The notes below the pieces were generated by a model. It saw only the letters and a list, made by a program, of their open reading frames with translations, was not told where the DNA came from and made no database searches. A stretch of 64,000 nucleotides of DNA, from the NCBI GenBank assembly GCA_963828255.1, contig CAWHDZ010000003.1:1-64000 (forward strand), read 5' to 3'. The position numbers were made by a program, and so were the translations under genes. Numbering within the stretch: position 1 is the first letter of the stretch; every line of letters begins with the position of its first letter. The stretch comes from an uncultured delta proteobacterium (GTDB taxonomy: Bacteria > Myxococcota > Myxococcia > Myxococcales > Anaeromyxobacteraceae). Below are positions 63,129 to 64,000 of the stretch, in pieces.

Positions 63129-63576
63129 TCTTCCAGTCCTGCCCGTCGCGCTGGAACAGGAGTCGCTGGATGTCGGTGTCGCGCTTGGGGATCTCGTGGC
63201 GCGGCGTCATCACCCGGTACTTGGCGTCGTAGAAGAGATCGGCCTGCCCCTTGTTGCCGTTCACGATGATCTCGGTGATGCCGAACTCGATGCGCACCTG
63301 GGTGATGCGCGAGAAGGTGTCGCGGAGGACCCCCGGGAGCGCCTTGTGGTCCACGTCGTCCGACGGGTCCACGGTGCCGGAATCGTCGTAGTAGTAGGGA
63401 GAGACGAGGGCCATCACCGCGTCGGTGTTGCGGGTGTCGAAGGCCTTCCGGTAGGCGTCGACGACGGCGATGATGGCGCGGTTGTCGGGGGTGTCCCGGA
63501 TCTCGGTGTTGGGGAGGTTCTTGGCACAGGCGGCCGCGGAGAGCGCGGCCACGATGACGAACGACGGGAATCGCAT
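63112..63576 (-). CDS. Lipoprotein, NTF2/SnoaL-like fold
   Basis: AAC lipobox, Y..AFD.RN..AVMALVS..Y.D, C-terminal WKIISGL. Confidence 0.7.
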   Translation of the reverse strand: MRFPSFVIVAALSAAACAKNLPNTEIRDTPDNRAIIAVVDAYRKAFDTRNTDAVMALVSPYYYDDSGTVDPSDDVDHKALPGVLRDTFSRITQVRIEFGITEIIVNGNKGQADLFYDAKYRVMTPRHEIPKRDTDIQRLLFQRDGQDWKIISGL

Positions 63577-63679
63577 CCGCCCGTCAAACCACGGCGTGCC
63601 CCGGCAGTCAATCGGCGGCGAACCGCGCGCGCCGCGCCTTGCCCCGCCCCGGGAAGCGCTCCCGGATTACACTGCGGAG

Positions 63680-64000
63680 ATGACCGATCCAAGCGCACAG
63701 GCCCTGGCCCGCTTCTTCGAGACCTCGCCCGCGGCGCGGAAGGCGACGAGGCCGCTGGCCCGCGACGCGAAGGTCGCGCTCTCGCTCGCGTCGGGCCCGG
63801 CCAGGTTCTCGATGGCGGGCGGGGAGGGGCGCGTCGAGGAGGGCGCCGAGCCCGACGCCGACTTCACCCTCACGCTCCCCGAGGAGGCGGTGAGGCAGCT
63901 CACCGGGATCGCCGGGGACGACGTGGGCGAGTTCGGCATCGCCTTCTTCAAGCTGCTCCTGGCGCGCGAGCCGGAGAAGCGGGTGCGCGTGCAGGTCCAC
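63680..64000 (+). CDS. Hypothetical protein, possibly SCP2-like, 3' truncated by the window edge
   Basis: Own translation: MTDPSAQALARFFETSPAA...GRVEEGAEPDADFTLTL..., open to the window end. GGAG RBS. Confidence 0.55.
   Translation, partial: MTDPSAQALARFFETSPAARKATRPLARDAKVALSLASGPARFSMAGGEGRVEEGAEPDADFTLTLPEEAVRQLTGIAGDDVGEFGIAFFKLLLAREPEKRVRVQVH

Overview
This is a high-GC bacterial window whose gene content looks Myxococcota / Anaeromyxobacter-like (MXAN_5187-type protein, Cys-rich Pal, FHA-sigma54 activator, multiheme cytochrome); the assignment is an inference. Much of it is housekeeping: two FKBP PPIases, acs, an ldcA-hydrolase-mpl cluster, suhB, hisC, uvrD, rplM-rpsI, a PilT-like ATPase, recX, bamD, Sec-containing selD, an amidase, rph-rdgB, six tRNAs, tig-clpP-clpX, lon, nadA, PBP1A and pal-cpoB. 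Accessory content includes a porin plus 12-heme cytochrome pair, a probable ceramide cluster (spt-bcerS-cerR plus a hydroxylase), a two-gene cassette bounded by a duplicated gene end, a four-helix-bundle gene beside short tandem repeats, and a large Cys-rich Ig-like surface protein. The strongest signal is a short motif, consensus GGTGCCGGACRT. I counted 27 copies of its 9-bp core by eye between 13.3 and 32.8 kb, surrounding a REP-associated tyrosine transposase (RAYT) gene at about 20.3 kb, and saw none elsewhere in the window. Eighteen copies sit inside protein-coding genes, and many are flanked by micro-duplications or insertions. This suggests a local, RAYT-centred sequence-rewriting zone. 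Two or three single-base frameshifts look like assembly errors. All counts and coordinates were read by eye.
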